Below, piece by piece: positions 28,346-39,960 of a stretch of 64,000 nt of DNA. The stretch lies in contig CAWAMB010000004.1 in NCBI GenBank assembly GCA_963783055.1, positions 592,988-656,987 of the forward strand, written 5' to 3'. The position numbers were made by a program, and so were the translations under genes. The stretch's first letter is position 1; each line of letters opens with the position of its first letter. The DNA is from an uncultured Chloroflexia bacterium (lineage in GTDB: Bacteria; Chloroflexota; Limnocylindria; Limnocylindrales; CSP1-4). The notes beneath the pieces were generated by a model. It saw nothing but the letters and a program-made list of their open reading frames with translations. It did no database searches and was not told the DNA's origin.

Positions 28346-30198
28346 ACCTCGGGCGCGGGCGCGCGCCCCGGCCGGACGACTGGCCGTCGAGCCACGTCCG
28401 GGCCCGGGCGGCCCTGTCTGAACGCCTCGACGCCACGCTCGATCCGGCCGAGGACGCCTGGCTGGACGGCCACCTCGACGCCTGCGCCGACTGTCGCGCG
28501 ATCGCCGAGAGCTATGCCAGCCAGCGCCTCGAGCTGCGTGCCCTGCGCGATCGGATGCCGCCCCCGCCGCGCGACCTGTGGGCCCGGACGGCGGCGGCCA
28601 TCGAATCCGAAGCCCGGTTCCGCGATGGACGCACGCCCTCCCGTGGCTGGCGCGCCAGTCGGTCGCTCGCTCCAACTGCTCTTCTCGCCGCGGCTCTCGT
28701 TGTCGCCGTCGCCGTCGGAACGCTGACCTCCTCCCAGCGTCCCCTCGTCGACGGCGACACGGGGTCGCCGCCCGGCGTCGCGCTGGCGACACCCGCTTCC
28801 GCGTCGTCCGCGCCGGGCGGCGGATCCGGGGCCACCCCGATCCCGGCTCCGCGCAAGATGGCCTACCTCACGCAGGACGAGCATGGGGTCTACTCGGTCA
28901 ACGTCCGGAGCGTCGACGAGGTCTGCCCGGATCCCGCGTCCGAACCGTGTGCGACCAACACGACGGTCGAGCGCCGGACGGTCAAGCTCGACCAGAACGC
29001 ATCGACGGTGTTCGCGGCGCCGGATGACTCGGCCCTGATCGTCGTCAACGACCCGACCGCGTCCAATGGCGGCACGGTCTCCGTCGTGTCGCTCGCGAGC
29101 AACCCGCCCACGGCGGCGCCGACCCCGACTCCGAGCGTCACGCCGACCATCCCGTCCGCCCCACCGACGCCGTCGGCTGTCGCCACGCCGAGCGTCCGCC
29201 CGAGCAAGGCGCCGCCCTCGTCGAGTGCGACCCCGAGCGTCACTCCGAGCGCGGCGCCGACTCCCACGCCGACCCCGAGCGCAGACGTCTCGCCGACCCC
29301 CTCGGTCAGCGTCACGCCGTCGCCGGACGGGTCGATCGAGATCGCCCACGACGTGGTCGTGGTCGGCCAGTCCGCGGCGTACTCCGCCAGCGGCGACTGG
29401 TTCGCGTTCACGGCCCGCCCGATCGACCTGTCGGCCGGCCCGGACATCTATGTCTGGAAGGTCGGGGAGGCCCAGGCCAATCGCGTCACGTCGGACCACC
29501 AGTCGGTGTTCGGCTCGTGGATGGGCAACGTCATGGTCGGCAGCACCGTCGTCGTCACGAGCACGGGCGAAGGCGCCGCGGCCAAGGTCGAGCTCGAGCC
29601 GGCCTCCTTCCTCCTCGATCCGGCGACCTCGACACGGACCGAGCTGCCCCAGACCGGCAAGGCATGGCGCCCGGCCGTCGATCCGAGCGGCCGGCTCGCG
29701 GTCTACTGGTCCGGCACGCTGCGACCGACCAGCGTCCCGGAGTTCGCGCCCGACAGCGGTCGCCTGGTGCTCGGCGACTGGGGCACCGGCAGTGCCGGTC
29801 CGAGTGACGGCCCGCTCCCGACGACCCTGACCGGCGATCAGATCGCGATCCGCCACGAGACCACGCTGGCCACCGGCCAGATGGACGACTGGGACGCGCG
29901 CTGGGACAGCGACGGAACCCATCTGGCGGTGTGGATCGCGGACGCGCAGAACCCGGCCATCGGCCGGCTCAGCCTGTACGCGGTGAGCTCGTTCGACGGC
30001 AAGATCGATCTCCGGAAGCCGCTCCTCAGCAAGGCCGTTGCCGCAGCCGGGTTCTCGATCTCCGAGGGCAAGCTCGTCTGGGCCGAGCCGTCCGACGACG
30101 GCACCGTCGCCAGCGGCACGATCCAGCTCCTGGCCTGGACGAACGAGGGCGTCGGCACGGTCAAGACCGTGACCGGCCCGGTCATCGTCATCCGCTAG
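28342..30198 (+). CDS. anti-sigma factor, zinc-finger (ZAS-like) with large Pro/Thr-rich extracytoplasmic domain
   Basis: ATGA overlap with the sigma gene. H-x3-C-x2-C motif (GHLDACADCR), one TM helix, a PT/PS-rich linker (SVTPTIPSAPPTPS...) and a beta-rich C-terminal domain. Confidence 0.75.
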   Translation: MNLGRGRAPRPDDWPSSHVRARAALSERLDATLDPAEDAWLDGHLDACADCRAIAESYASQRLELRALRDRMPPPPRDLWARTAAAIESEARFRDGRTPSRGWRASRSLAPTALLAAALVVAVAVGTLTSSQRPLVDGDTGSPPGVALATPASASSAPGGGSGATPIPAPRKMAYLTQDEHGVYSVNVRSVDEVCPDPASEPCATNTTVERRTVKLDQNASTVFAAPDDSALIVVNDPTASNGGTVSVVSLASNPPTAAPTPTPSVTPTIPSAPPTPSAVATPSVRPSKAPPSSSATPSVTPSAAPTPTPTPSADVSPTPSVSVTPSPDGSIEIAHDVVVVGQSAAYSASGDWFAFTARPIDLSAGPDIYVWKVGEAQANRVTSDHQSVFGSWMGNVMVGSTVVVTSTGEGAAAKVELEPASFLLDPATSTRTELPQTGKAWRPAVDPSGRLAVYWSGTLRPTSVPEFAPDSGRLVLGDWGTGSAGPSDGPLPTTLTGDQIAIRHETTLATGQMDDWDARWDSDGTHLAVWIADAQNPAIGRLSLYAVSSFDGKIDLRKPLLSKAVAAAGFSISEGKLVWAEPSDDGTVASGTIQLLAWTNEGVGTVKTVTGPVIVIR

Positions 30199-30396
30199 CA
30201 CGGTGACTGCGCGTTCGTCGTGCTGGGGCGACGAGGGCACGGCGCCGCCGAGCGGTGCTCGCCCAGACTGCGTTCGTCGCGACAGTGCGCTGCGTCAGCG
30301 CAAGGCGCGCCCTAGCACCGGAGCGAGCGCACCCGCAGGTGCGTGAGCGAGGCGCGTCAGCGGCGCGACGCCGCGATGGCGTCGCGCAGGCGTGGC

Positions 30397-30987
30397 ATGC
30401 GAACGCTGTATCGTCCGCGTCTAGTGCGGCCATCCCGAATGGTTGCAGGCGCGGCGCTCACCGCCGCCCTCACCCTGGGTGCGTTGCCGGGACTCGCAGG
30501 ATCCGTCGGACCATCACCGACCTCCGTTCTCGACCCGTCAATGTTCCAGTCGGTCCAGGTCCCGGCGTTCGCGACGACCGATTTCGCGGTCGAGCCGCCT
30601 GATGTTGCCTACCGCGCCGCCGGCCCGATCGACGACTCGACCCTCCTGACCGAGCCCGGCAAGGAGCCGAAGCGCGTCATCCCGACCCGGCCGACCGTCG
30701 CCGTCCCGGCCGCGCATGCCGGTTCCGCATTGAAGCCGCCGCGCTACAAGATCAGCGGCAAGGCGACGTTCTATGACAACGGGACGACGGCGATGCGCCT
30801 CCCCCGCGGAACGACCGTGATCATCTGCGGCGCTGGCGGCTGCATCGAGCGGGTGATCAACGACTACGGACCGGCCGCCAACGCCGGCCTCGGGCGAATC
30901 GTGGATCTCTACCGACCCGACTTCTTCGCGATCTGCGGCTGCGCCTCGTGGTCCGGGATCACCGAGGTGACCGTCTCGGTGTACTGA
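30397..30987 (+). CDS. RlpA-like double-psi beta-barrel (DPBB) domain secreted protein
   Basis: Signal peptide; GKATFYDNGTTAMRLPRGTTVIICGAGGCIERVINDYGP is the DPBB core. The start is uncertain (Met at 30343, 30397 or 30439). Confidence 0.6.
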   Translation: MRTLYRPRLVRPSRMVAGAALTAALTLGALPGLAGSVGPSPTSVLDPSMFQSVQVPAFATTDFAVEPPDVAYRAAGPIDDSTLLTEPGKEPKRVIPTRPTVAVPAAHAGSALKPPRYKISGKATFYDNGTTAMRLPRGTTVIICGAGGCIERVINDYGPAANAGLGRIVDLYRPDFFAICGCASWSGITEVTVSVY

Positions 30988-31018
30988 TCGCTCACGGCTG
31001 CCCGCCTCGTTCTCGGCG

Positions 31019-31141
31019 CTCAGGCGACGCTCGCCTGGTATCCGGGCGACAGCGCCGAATCTCCTGCGCTCAGGCGACGCTCGCCTGTTACGGTCGCCTT
31101 GGTTTCGAAATCCTCGTCGCGCAGGCGACGCGCGCCTGCAG
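31019..31141 (+). repeat. three tandem copies (50-51 bp period) of a unit containing the 17-bp palindrome CAGGCGACG(C)TCGCCTG
   Basis: Direct reading gives palindromes at about 31021-31037, 31071-31087 and 31122-31138 (third copy CAGGCGACGCGCGCCTG). A degenerate fourth copy (gagcgtctcgcctg) lies at about 31210. Confidence 0.8.
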
Positions 31142-31224
31142 CGCCAGGTTGCGGCGCGGCCCTCACGCACGGAGGCAGTGCCAAGCGCGCAACAGCCGGT
31201 CGGCTGTAGGAGCGTCTCGCCTGA

Positions 31225-32992
<1,768 letters not shown>

Positions 32993-32996
<4 letters not shown>

Positions 32997-34415
32997 CGGT
33001 CGCTGCCGGGTCGCCGATCGGCACGGTCGTCGCCGACCTCGAGATCTCCCGGGCGTGGCTCGTGGATCCGGTGAGCGGGCGCGAGGGACCGGGCGAGATC
33101 GTCGTCACGGACGGCGTGCTCGAGGCCGTGACCTGGCTCGACGATGGCGAGGCGGACGGGATCGACGATCGCGGAGTCGTCGTGGCGCCCGGCTTCGTCG
33201 ACCTCCACGTCCACTTCCGCGAGCCGGGCAACGAGGACGCCGAGACGGTCGCGTCCGGGCTGGCGGCGGCGGCCCACGGCGGCTTCACGACGGTCTGCCT
33301 GATGCCGAACACGACGCCGGCGCTCGACGATCCGGCGGTGCTGGCACGGCGTCCGCGCCGCTGCACTCGCGTCCGGGTCGCCGGTCCGGGCGCTCGCCTG
33401 GGGCGCGGTCACGGCCGGGCGCGCGGGCGAGACCCTTGCCGCGCTCGGCGAGCTCGCCGACGCCGGCGTCGTCGGGTTCTCGGACGACGGGGCGGGCGTG
33501 CCGTCTGCTTCGCTCGTGCGCAGCGCACTTGCCTACGCGGGAGCGCTGGGGCTGCCCCTCGTCGACCACGCGGAGGACGCGACCCAGACGGCCGGCGCCG
33601 AGGCGAACGACGGGTTCGTCGCGACCGTTCTCGGCCTGCGCGGTTGGCCCGCTGCCGCCGAGGAGACGGCGGTCGCGCGCGATCTTGCGATCCTCGCCGA
33701 GGTCATCCGCGACGTGCCGGCCGCCCGGCTGCACCTGACGCACCTCTCGACGGCCGGTGCGCTGGACCTCGTCCGGCGGGCGAAGGCAGCGGGCCTGCCC
33801 GTGACCTGCGACATCACGCCGCACCACCTGGCACTGACGGATGAGTGGCTCGCCGGAGCCCGGCGCTGGGCGTGGGAGGCAACCGGCGATCCATGGGGCG
33901 ATGGCACCGGTGCGATCGTGGCCGCGCCGTACGCGTCGTCGCTCCGGGTCAATCCGCCGTTACGCTCGGTCGCGGACGCGGCCGCGTGCCGGGAGGCGCT
34001 GCTCGACGGGACCGCCGACGCGATCGCCACGGACCATGCGCCACACACGAGCGTCGACAAGGACGTCGAGTTCGGGCTGGCGGCGAACGGGATCAGCGGG
34101 ATCGAGACCGCCCTCGGAGTCGTCCTGGCCGCCGTCGATGCCGGGCTGATCCCCTTGACCCGCGCGATCGAGCTTCTGACGAGCGGTCCTGCGCGTGTGC
34201 TGGGCCAAGCCTGGGGTGCGGGCGCTACGCCGGGTCTCGTCGAAGGCGCGCCGGCGGACCTCGTCGTGTTCGACCGCTCGGCGAGGTGGACGGTGGCGCC
34301 AGACGCCCTCGCGTCGCGCGGCAAGAACACGCCGCTCGCCGGCCGCGAGCTCGCCGGCACGGTCCTCTTCACCATCGCGAACGGCCGACTCGGCTACGAG
34401 ACCGCAACGGACTGA
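32993..34415 (+). CDS. pyrC: dihydroorotase, interrupted by a +1 frameshift near 33350
   Basis: N-terminus ([23 protein letters not shown]) is in the frame of ORF 32084-33844. The remainder (GFSDDGAGV..., [35 protein letters not shown]) is in the frame of ORF 33498-34415. The junction ctggcacggCgtccgcgcc implies one extra base. ATGA overlap with pyrB. Confidence 0.8.
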
Positions 34416-34418
34416 CGG

Positions 34419-35756
34419 TCAGCCGCAACAACTCCCGTCGTGCGACCGAACGCGGTCGAGATCGATCGGGCGATCGAAGGTGATGACGAGCGCCCGCGTC
34501 ACCATCTCGCCGGGGCTTTCGCAGAAGTTTCCGTAGGTAACGGGCTGGATCCAGAGACCTTCACCGTCGGCTCTCGACTCGACCTTCACCTGGACCTGCC
34601 AATCCGGAGCGCAGGCGCCGCCGTTCCAGCGGATGCCGACGTCGCGATCCGTCGCCCCACGCGCGACCTCCACGATCCCGTCGCGTTTCGGGTTGGTCGG
34701 TTGCCAGTTCAGGTTGTCGGCTGCGGTGGCGCGCCGGACCGAGACGACCCATTGCCCATAGTCGTACACCTCGACCCTCCGGGTGTGCTCGCCGAACGGA
34801 CCGACATCGATCGTCGTGGACAGGTCCACGTCCGAGTCCGGTGTCTCGGTCAGCCAGACGCGGTGCCCGTTGTCGGACGTGTACGCCCGCTCGACGGCGA
34901 GTCGCTCGCGACCATCTCGTTCGTCCCGTACCAGGCGGCGGACGATCCAGACCGGGTTGCCGCTGTTGAACTCCGCGCCGAGAAACTCCGGCTCCAGCGA
35001 TGCGAAGTCCTTCGCGTCGATCACCGTCATCCAGGTCGCGACCGCCACGTGGTCCGTCTCCGCCTCGACCCGACCGACGACGGACGCCGGATCCTCCGAT
35101 GCCGCGGTCGTCAGGCGGAGGATCGTGTCGAGCGACGAGATTGGCCGATCTCGTGTCCAGGCCAGCGCATCGATCGTGAAGTACACGTTCCCGTGATAGG
35201 CATTGACGCGACCGTTGAAGTGGCCGACGACCACCACCGGTTGAGGGATGGGCCGACCATCGATCCACGTCGCTGGAACGTCGAATCGAAGGTCGGCCGG
35301 CATCGGCGGGTTGAGCGCGTTCGGATACTGAGCCGGATCGCGCCTCAACTGGCCGACGGCGACACCGAACGCCTCCGGATGATCGAGGAGCCAGTGACGG
35401 CCCTCGTCGCACGGCGGCCTGAGCGGATGAATGGCTGGGTCCGTCTGGGAACACGGTGTCGCAGGATTCGGACCGACATACCAGGCCTGGATCGCGTACT
35501 CGTCGCGGTCGGTCGCGCCGTCGGTCCGTCGTTGATCGACGACCGCCGCGATGCTTCGTACCTCCATTCCGAGGACAGTCTTGGGTGCATCGTCGAATGC
35601 GGACGGATCCCCGGACGGTGCGGGAGGCAGTGCGCTCGCCGCCGGCCCGGGCAGGCCTCGGCGCTCGATCATCAATGCCCCCTCCGCGGTCACCTCGGCG
35701 AACCAGTTCGAGGCATCGAATAGGGCGAGGGTTCTAGCGATCGGGAGCACCGTCAC
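34419..35756 (-). CDS. hypothetical exported protein sharing an uncharacterized domain with the upstream anti-sigma factor
   Basis: 445 aa (an alternative start at about 35672 gives 417 aa). Motifs LRPPCDEGRHWLLDHPE and VVVVGHFNGRVNAYHG parallel LRPHNPARLGCPAAFRWLLDKPE and FTLVGHFDDRRAALC in the anti-sigma C-terminal domain. Confidence 0.55.
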   Translation of the reverse strand: MTVLPIARTLALFDASNWFAEVTAEGALMIERRGLPGPAASALPPAPSGDPSAFDDAPKTVLGMEVRSIAAVVDQRRTDGATDRDEYAIQAWYVGPNPATPCSQTDPAIHPLRPPCDEGRHWLLDHPEAFGVAVGQLRRDPAQYPNALNPPMPADLRFDVPATWIDGRPIPQPVVVVGHFNGRVNAYHGNVYFTIDALAWTRDRPISSLDTILRLTTAASEDPASVVGRVEAETDHVAVATWMTVIDAKDFASLEPEFLGAEFNSGNPVWIVRRLVRDERDGRERLAVERAYTSDNGHRVWLTETPDSDVDLSTTIDVGPFGEHTRRVEVYDYGQWVVSVRRATAADNLNWQPTNPKRDGIVEVARGATDRDVGIRWNGGACAPDWQVQVKVESRADGEGLWIQPVTYGNFCESPGEMVTRALVITFDRPIDLDRVRSHDGSCCG

Positions 35757-36738
35757 GGGGATCGATGGCCGTGACCAGCCAGACGAGGGTGGCCGGGTTG
35801 CCGATGTACGGCACGAATTCGTCGTCGGCCAGCACGGGCTCGATGCCGATCACGCGGTCGATCGTGACCACTTGGCGCGAGGCGATGGTCGCCTGCGGAA
35901 CGACTCCCAGCACGAGTCGATCGACATCCTCAACGAGATCGCGCGGATGAAGGGTGACCGTCGCTTGCGTGAACTCGTCCCAGCGATCGGTGGACTGGCG
36001 GGTCGTGACCGGAAGTGGAGTCCCATCGACGGCGGCGATCCGATCCACGACAAAGGTCGCCTGGCATCGCTCGCGCTCGTCCGGCTCGCACAGGGCCGCC
36101 CGCCGGTCGTCGAAGTGACCGACCAGCGTGAAGCGGGAGTCATCTCTTGCCCCTTGGGGAATCTCGACCAGGTCGAATGAGGGCTGGATCGACGGGCCGG
36201 TCGGCGGATGGCCGGCAACACCATCGCCGGACACGACCAACAACTCCTCGGGCTTGTCGAGGAGCCACCTGAAGGCGGCCGGACACCCGAGGCGCGCGGG
36301 ATTGTGCGGCCGAAGGTCGACCGGACAGCTCATGCCGCCGTACCCAGCGAGGACACCCGTGACGACGAGCTCTCGATCGTCAACGCCCGCGTCGCGGATC
36401 GCGACCGCGGCCGCGACGTCGATCGGATCTCCGAGAGCCGCGCCGAGAGGCGCTGTGGAGGCCGCCGTCGACCGCGTCGCGCCGGGCGATGCCGAGCCGG
36501 CAGCGGGCGGAGAAGGCGGTCCGGGGCGCCCGGCCAGGACGGCGCCCACGCCGACCACCATGACGATCCCGGCGGCCGCGGCGAGCCAGCCCCGCCTCGA
36601 GCCAGTTCGCGTCGACGGACGAACGCGGTCGAGGCGCCGGATCGCTTCCTGTGCGAGGTCGCCCGGAGGCGCAGCATGAGCAGACCGTGACTGGAACGCC
36701 GCGGCGAGGCGGTCGTCGTCCCAGCCGGGGTCCGTCAT
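35734..36738 (-). CDS. anti-sigma factor (single TM) with uncharacterized extracytoplasmic domain
   Basis: Start at MTDPGWDDDRLAAAF, overlapping the sigma stop (ATGA). TM helix WLAAAAGIVMVVGVGAVLAG; C-terminal domain about 200 aa. The upstream 123 codons of the listed ORF are antisense of the sigma gene. Confidence 0.65.
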   Translation of the reverse strand: MTDPGWDDDRLAAAFQSRSAHAAPPGDLAQEAIRRLDRVRPSTRTGSRRGWLAAAAGIVMVVGVGAVLAGRPGPPSPPAAGSASPGATRSTAASTAPLGAALGDPIDVAAAVAIRDAGVDDRELVVTGVLAGYGGMSCPVDLRPHNPARLGCPAAFRWLLDKPEELLVVSGDGVAGHPPTGPSIQPSFDLVEIPQGARDDSRFTLVGHFDDRRAALCEPDERERCQATFVVDRIAAVDGTPLPVTTRQSTDRWDEFTQATVTLHPRDLVEDVDRLVLGVVPQATIASRQVVTIDRVIGIEPVLADDEFVPYIGNPATLVWLVTAIDPRDGAPDR

Positions 36739-37307
36739 GGTCGATCCTCGGCTGCGATGGCCGCCGCAAGCGACCGGCGGGCCGCGAAGAGACGAGACTT
36801 CGCCGTTCCCTCCGGGATCTCGAGGATGGCCGCGAGCTCGGTCACTGGCCGGCCTTCGAGATGGTGGAGGACCAGGATCGCCCGCTGCTCGACAGGAAGC
36901 GTCGCGAGAGCCGCGTCCAGGACGGTCGCGTCGTCGGGTCGTTCTTGCGCCGGTCGGTCGGCGAGCGCCACGACCGTCGACGACGGGATCTCCCGGATCC
37001 GACGCCGGCTCCGAGCGCGGTGCGTCTGGCGCGCGGCGTTGACGGCGACCCGCTGGAGCCACGCCTCGAACTTCTCGGGCTCGCGCAGGCGCGGCAGCTG
37101 ACGCCACGCGGCAACGAACGTCTCCTGGGCGGCGTCGCGGGCATCGGCCTCGTTGCCGAGAATCGCGCTGGTCAGTCGGTACACGGCATCCATCCGGGCG
37201 CGGACGATCGACTCGAACGCGTCGAGGTCACCGTTCCGGGCCCGGTCGATCAGCGACCGGTCGATCGCGGGTCCGATGCGCGTGTTCCTCCTGGCGCGTT
37301 CACCCAT
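36735..37307 (-). CDS. ECF sigma factor
   Basis: Start at Met38 of the listed ORF (MGERARRNTRIGPAIDRSLIDRARNGDLDAFESIV...); region 2 (AQETFVAAWRQL) and region 4 (LVLHHLEGRPVTELAAILEIPEGTAKSRL). Confidence 0.8.
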   Translation of the reverse strand: MGERARRNTRIGPAIDRSLIDRARNGDLDAFESIVRARMDAVYRLTSAILGNEADARDAAQETFVAAWRQLPRLREPEKFEAWLQRVAVNAARQTHRARSRRRIREIPSSTVVALADRPAQERPDDATVLDAALATLPVEQRAILVLHHLEGRPVTELAAILEIPEGTAKSRLFAARRSLAAAIAAEDRP

Positions 37308-37407
37308 TCGATGCCGCTCGAGCGGTGTCGGTTCACTGTGACGGGCGCGGCACCCGTTTGACGCAACGGTGGCACGCCGCGTGGCGGGCTCGGATAGGCT
37401 CGCCCCG

Positions 37408-38748
37408 ATGGCGTCCACCGCAGCCCGTCGAGGCTCCGCCCTGAACCGCGACTACGAACGCCGGCCGTACTGGCACGCGACCATGCCCGCGATGCCGTCG
37501 TATCGCGATCGGCAGCTGCCCGACATCGCCGACGTCGTCGTGATCGGTGGCGGCTACACCGGGATCAACGCCGCCCGGGTCCTGGCTCGGGCGGGCGCCG
37601 CAGTGACCGTCCTCGAGGCCGAGCAGCTCGGCTTCGGCGGCTCGACCCGCAACGGCGGGATCGTCCACCCCGGCTACAAGTGGGGCCCGCAGGAGCTGAT
37701 CGATCGCTACGGCGAGGACACCGGGCGGGCGCTGTTCCGCGAGACGATGGACGCCTACGACCTCATCAAGCGCCTGATCGTCGACGAGGCGATCGACTGC
37801 GAGTTCCGCGAGCGCGGCTACCTCGACGTCGCCTGGGCGCCGTCGCACGCCGACCACCTCCGCGCCGAGGTCGACGTCCTCGCCCGTTTCGGCATCGCGG
37901 CCGAGTTCGTCCCGAAGGACCGCCTCCACGAGGAGATCGGGTCGAGCTTCTACCACGGCGGCCTCGTCTTCCCGCCGAGCGGGCTGCTCCATCCCGGGAA
38001 GTACTTCGCCGGTCTGGCTGCCGCGGCCGACGGGGCCGGTGCGGATCTCCACGAGGGAGTCCGCGCTAAGGCGATTCGGCGCCAGGCCGACGGCCGGCTC
38101 GTCGTCGAGACGAGTCGCGGCGCGATCCTCACGAAGGAGGTCGTGGTCGGGACGAACGGCTACACCGACGGCGTCGTGCCGTCGCTGCGCCGGCGGGTCA
38201 TTCCGATCGGGAGCTACATCATCGCGACCGAGCCACTCCCCGAAGAGCTGGCACGGAACCTGTCGCCGAAGGGCCGCGCCTTCTTCGACACGAAGAACTT
38301 CCTCTACTACTGGCACGTGTCCGAGGACCGCCGGATGATCTTCGGCGGCCGGGCGAGCTTCCTGCCGACGTCGGTCGACCACACGGCGGCGATCCTCCAC
38401 AAGGGCATGCTCGAGGTCCACCCGCAGCTCGCCGGCTACCGGGTCGAGTACGCCTGGGGCGGCAACGTCGGCTTCACGTTCGATCGGATGCCGCACGTCG
38501 GGCGCAAGGACGGCATCACCTACGCGATGGGCTGCTGCGGGACCGGTGTGGCGCTGATGACGGCGCTCGGCACGGCCGTCGGGGAGTGGCTGGGCGGCGG
38601 ACCGGCGCCGGCTCTCTCACAGCTGTCGTTCCCGCTCGTGCCGGCGCCGTACGAGGGACGGCCGTGGTTCCTGCCGTTCGCCGGCGAGTGGTTCCGGCTG
38701 CAGGACAAGCTGGCGCGGCGCTCCGGCAACGGAACCGATCGAGAGTAG
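37408..38748 (+). CDS. FAD-dependent oxidoreductase (DadA/glycine oxidase-like)
   Basis: VVVIGGGYTGINAARVLARAGAAVTVLE dinucleotide-binding motif; about 445 aa from Met14; divergent from the ECF sigma gene. Confidence 0.8.
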   Translation: MASTAARRGSALNRDYERRPYWHATMPAMPSYRDRQLPDIADVVVIGGGYTGINAARVLARAGAAVTVLEAEQLGFGGSTRNGGIVHPGYKWGPQELIDRYGEDTGRALFRETMDAYDLIKRLIVDEAIDCEFRERGYLDVAWAPSHADHLRAEVDVLARFGIAAEFVPKDRLHEEIGSSFYHGGLVFPPSGLLHPGKYFAGLAAAADGAGADLHEGVRAKAIRRQADGRLVVETSRGAILTKEVVVGTNGYTDGVVPSLRRRVIPIGSYIIATEPLPEELARNLSPKGRAFFDTKNFLYYWHVSEDRRMIFGGRASFLPTSVDHTAAILHKGMLEVHPQLAGYRVEYAWGGNVGFTFDRMPHVGRKDGITYAMGCCGTGVALMTALGTAVGEWLGGGPAPALSQLSFPLVPAPYEGRPWFLPFAGEWFRLQDKLARRSGNGTDRE

Positions 38749-38779
38749 GGCTCGTCAGCGCGGAACGACTGCGTCAGGG

Positions 38780-39367
38780 GTGGACATGCGGGTTCTGACG
38801 AGGATCATCGCGATCGGCGCGCTGGTGGTGGCCCTGTCGGCTGTCTCGTCGCCGGTTTCCCTCGCCTGCAGTCCGCCGTTCGAGCCCTCGATCCACAAGC
38901 TGGATCCGGTTGACTTCGTGGTGGTCGGCTACATCGGCGAACCGGTCGACGGCGGGCGGCTGTTCCATGTCTACCAGAGCTTCAACGCCGGCGCCCTGAC
39001 GACCCCGTTCGTCATCGCGTTCAAGGAAGGGGAACCGGGCGGCGACTGTAGCTACCGCGTGGCCTCCGGCCAGGAGCTGATCATCGCTCTGTCGCCGACC
39101 CCGAATGGCCCGCCAGGCGCCACGCTCGCGAGTCTCCAGGCCGATCCGGCGAGCGAGATGGGGCGGCGCTACCTGAGCGAGGCCGAGGCCAGGTTCGGCC
39201 CAGGCGTCGTCCCGAGCGCCGCTGCCACTCTTCCGCCGGGGTCGGTCGACGGCTCACCGCCACCGGATGTCGTTCCGTTCGCCATCGGCCTCATCGGCGG
39301 GGTTGGTCTGTTCGCCCTGGTGGTCCTCGTCGCCCGCCGTCGGACTTCCGCGGCAGCGCCTCACTGA
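38780..39367 (+). CDS. secreted protein with C-terminal membrane anchor
   Basis: 195 aa; N-terminal signal peptide, C-terminal hydrophobic helix followed by RRR. Confidence 0.55.
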   Translation: MDMRVLTRIIAIGALVVALSAVSSPVSLACSPPFEPSIHKLDPVDFVVVGYIGEPVDGGRLFHVYQSFNAGALTTPFVIAFKEGEPGGDCSYRVASGQELIIALSPTPNGPPGATLASLQADPASEMGRRYLSEAEARFGPGVVPSAAATLPPGSVDGSPPPDVVPFAIGLIGGVGLFALVVLVARRRTSAAAPH

Positions 39368-39376
39368 GCCGTCGGC

Positions 39377-39838
39377 TCAGTCGCAGCCGAACGTCTTGAC
39401 CTCGTTCGGGCCGCGCCCGAGGCTCAGGATCGCTCCGCCGCGTGACGTCCACGTCGCGGTATCCGTGCCGGTCAGGACGATGACACCGCGATCGATCGGG
39501 TTGTCGATCCCGCGCGGCGGGTTGCCGCCGATCGCCTCGGCGGCGAAGGCCGCCGGCGCGTCGACGATCGTCCAGAAGGTTCCGTCGAAGTCGAACGTGT
39601 TCGGGGTGAAGCCACAGTGGGTGAACGCCGGATAGCCGTACAACTGGCTGGGAATCACCCGAGCGGACACCGCCTCGATCCGGATCGATCCGTCCGGCTG
39701 CGGAATCGTCCGTGCCTCGCGAAGCGGGGCGGGGAGTGCGATCGGGCCGGTGGGCGTCGTCGCGGGCGGCGCCGGATCCGCCCCGCATCCGACGAGCACT
39801 GCCGCGATGAGGAGCGCAACGAAGGCCGGCCGTCTCAC
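39377..39838 (-). CDS. small lipoprotein
   Basis: GTG start giving VRRPAFVALLIAAVLVGCGAD (lipobox), about 154 aa. The rest of the 599-aa listed ORF upstream is Ser/Gly/Arg-rich and treated as artefact. Confidence 0.55.
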   Translation of the reverse strand: MRRPAFVALLIAAVLVGCGADPAPPATTPTGPIALPAPLREARTIPQPDGSIRIEAVSARVIPSQLYGYPAFTHCGFTPNTFDFDGTFWTIVDAPAAFAAEAIGGNPPRGIDNPIDRGVIVLTGTDTATWTSRGGAILSLGRGPNEVKTFGCD

Positions 39839-39960
39839 CTGGGCGGGACGCGGCACGCGGCCTCGCGGTTCCGGTCCGGCTTTCGTCGGGAGTTGCCGAA
39901 TGTCCGCACGACGGGCGCTACGTGAGCCGCGGGCCCGAATTGCGTGCCGGAGCGCCTCGA

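Noticed and set aside
28249-30240. 663-aa minus-strand ORF
   Set aside because: Antisense of the anti-sigma factor gene; Arg/Gly/Asp-rich with no motifs.
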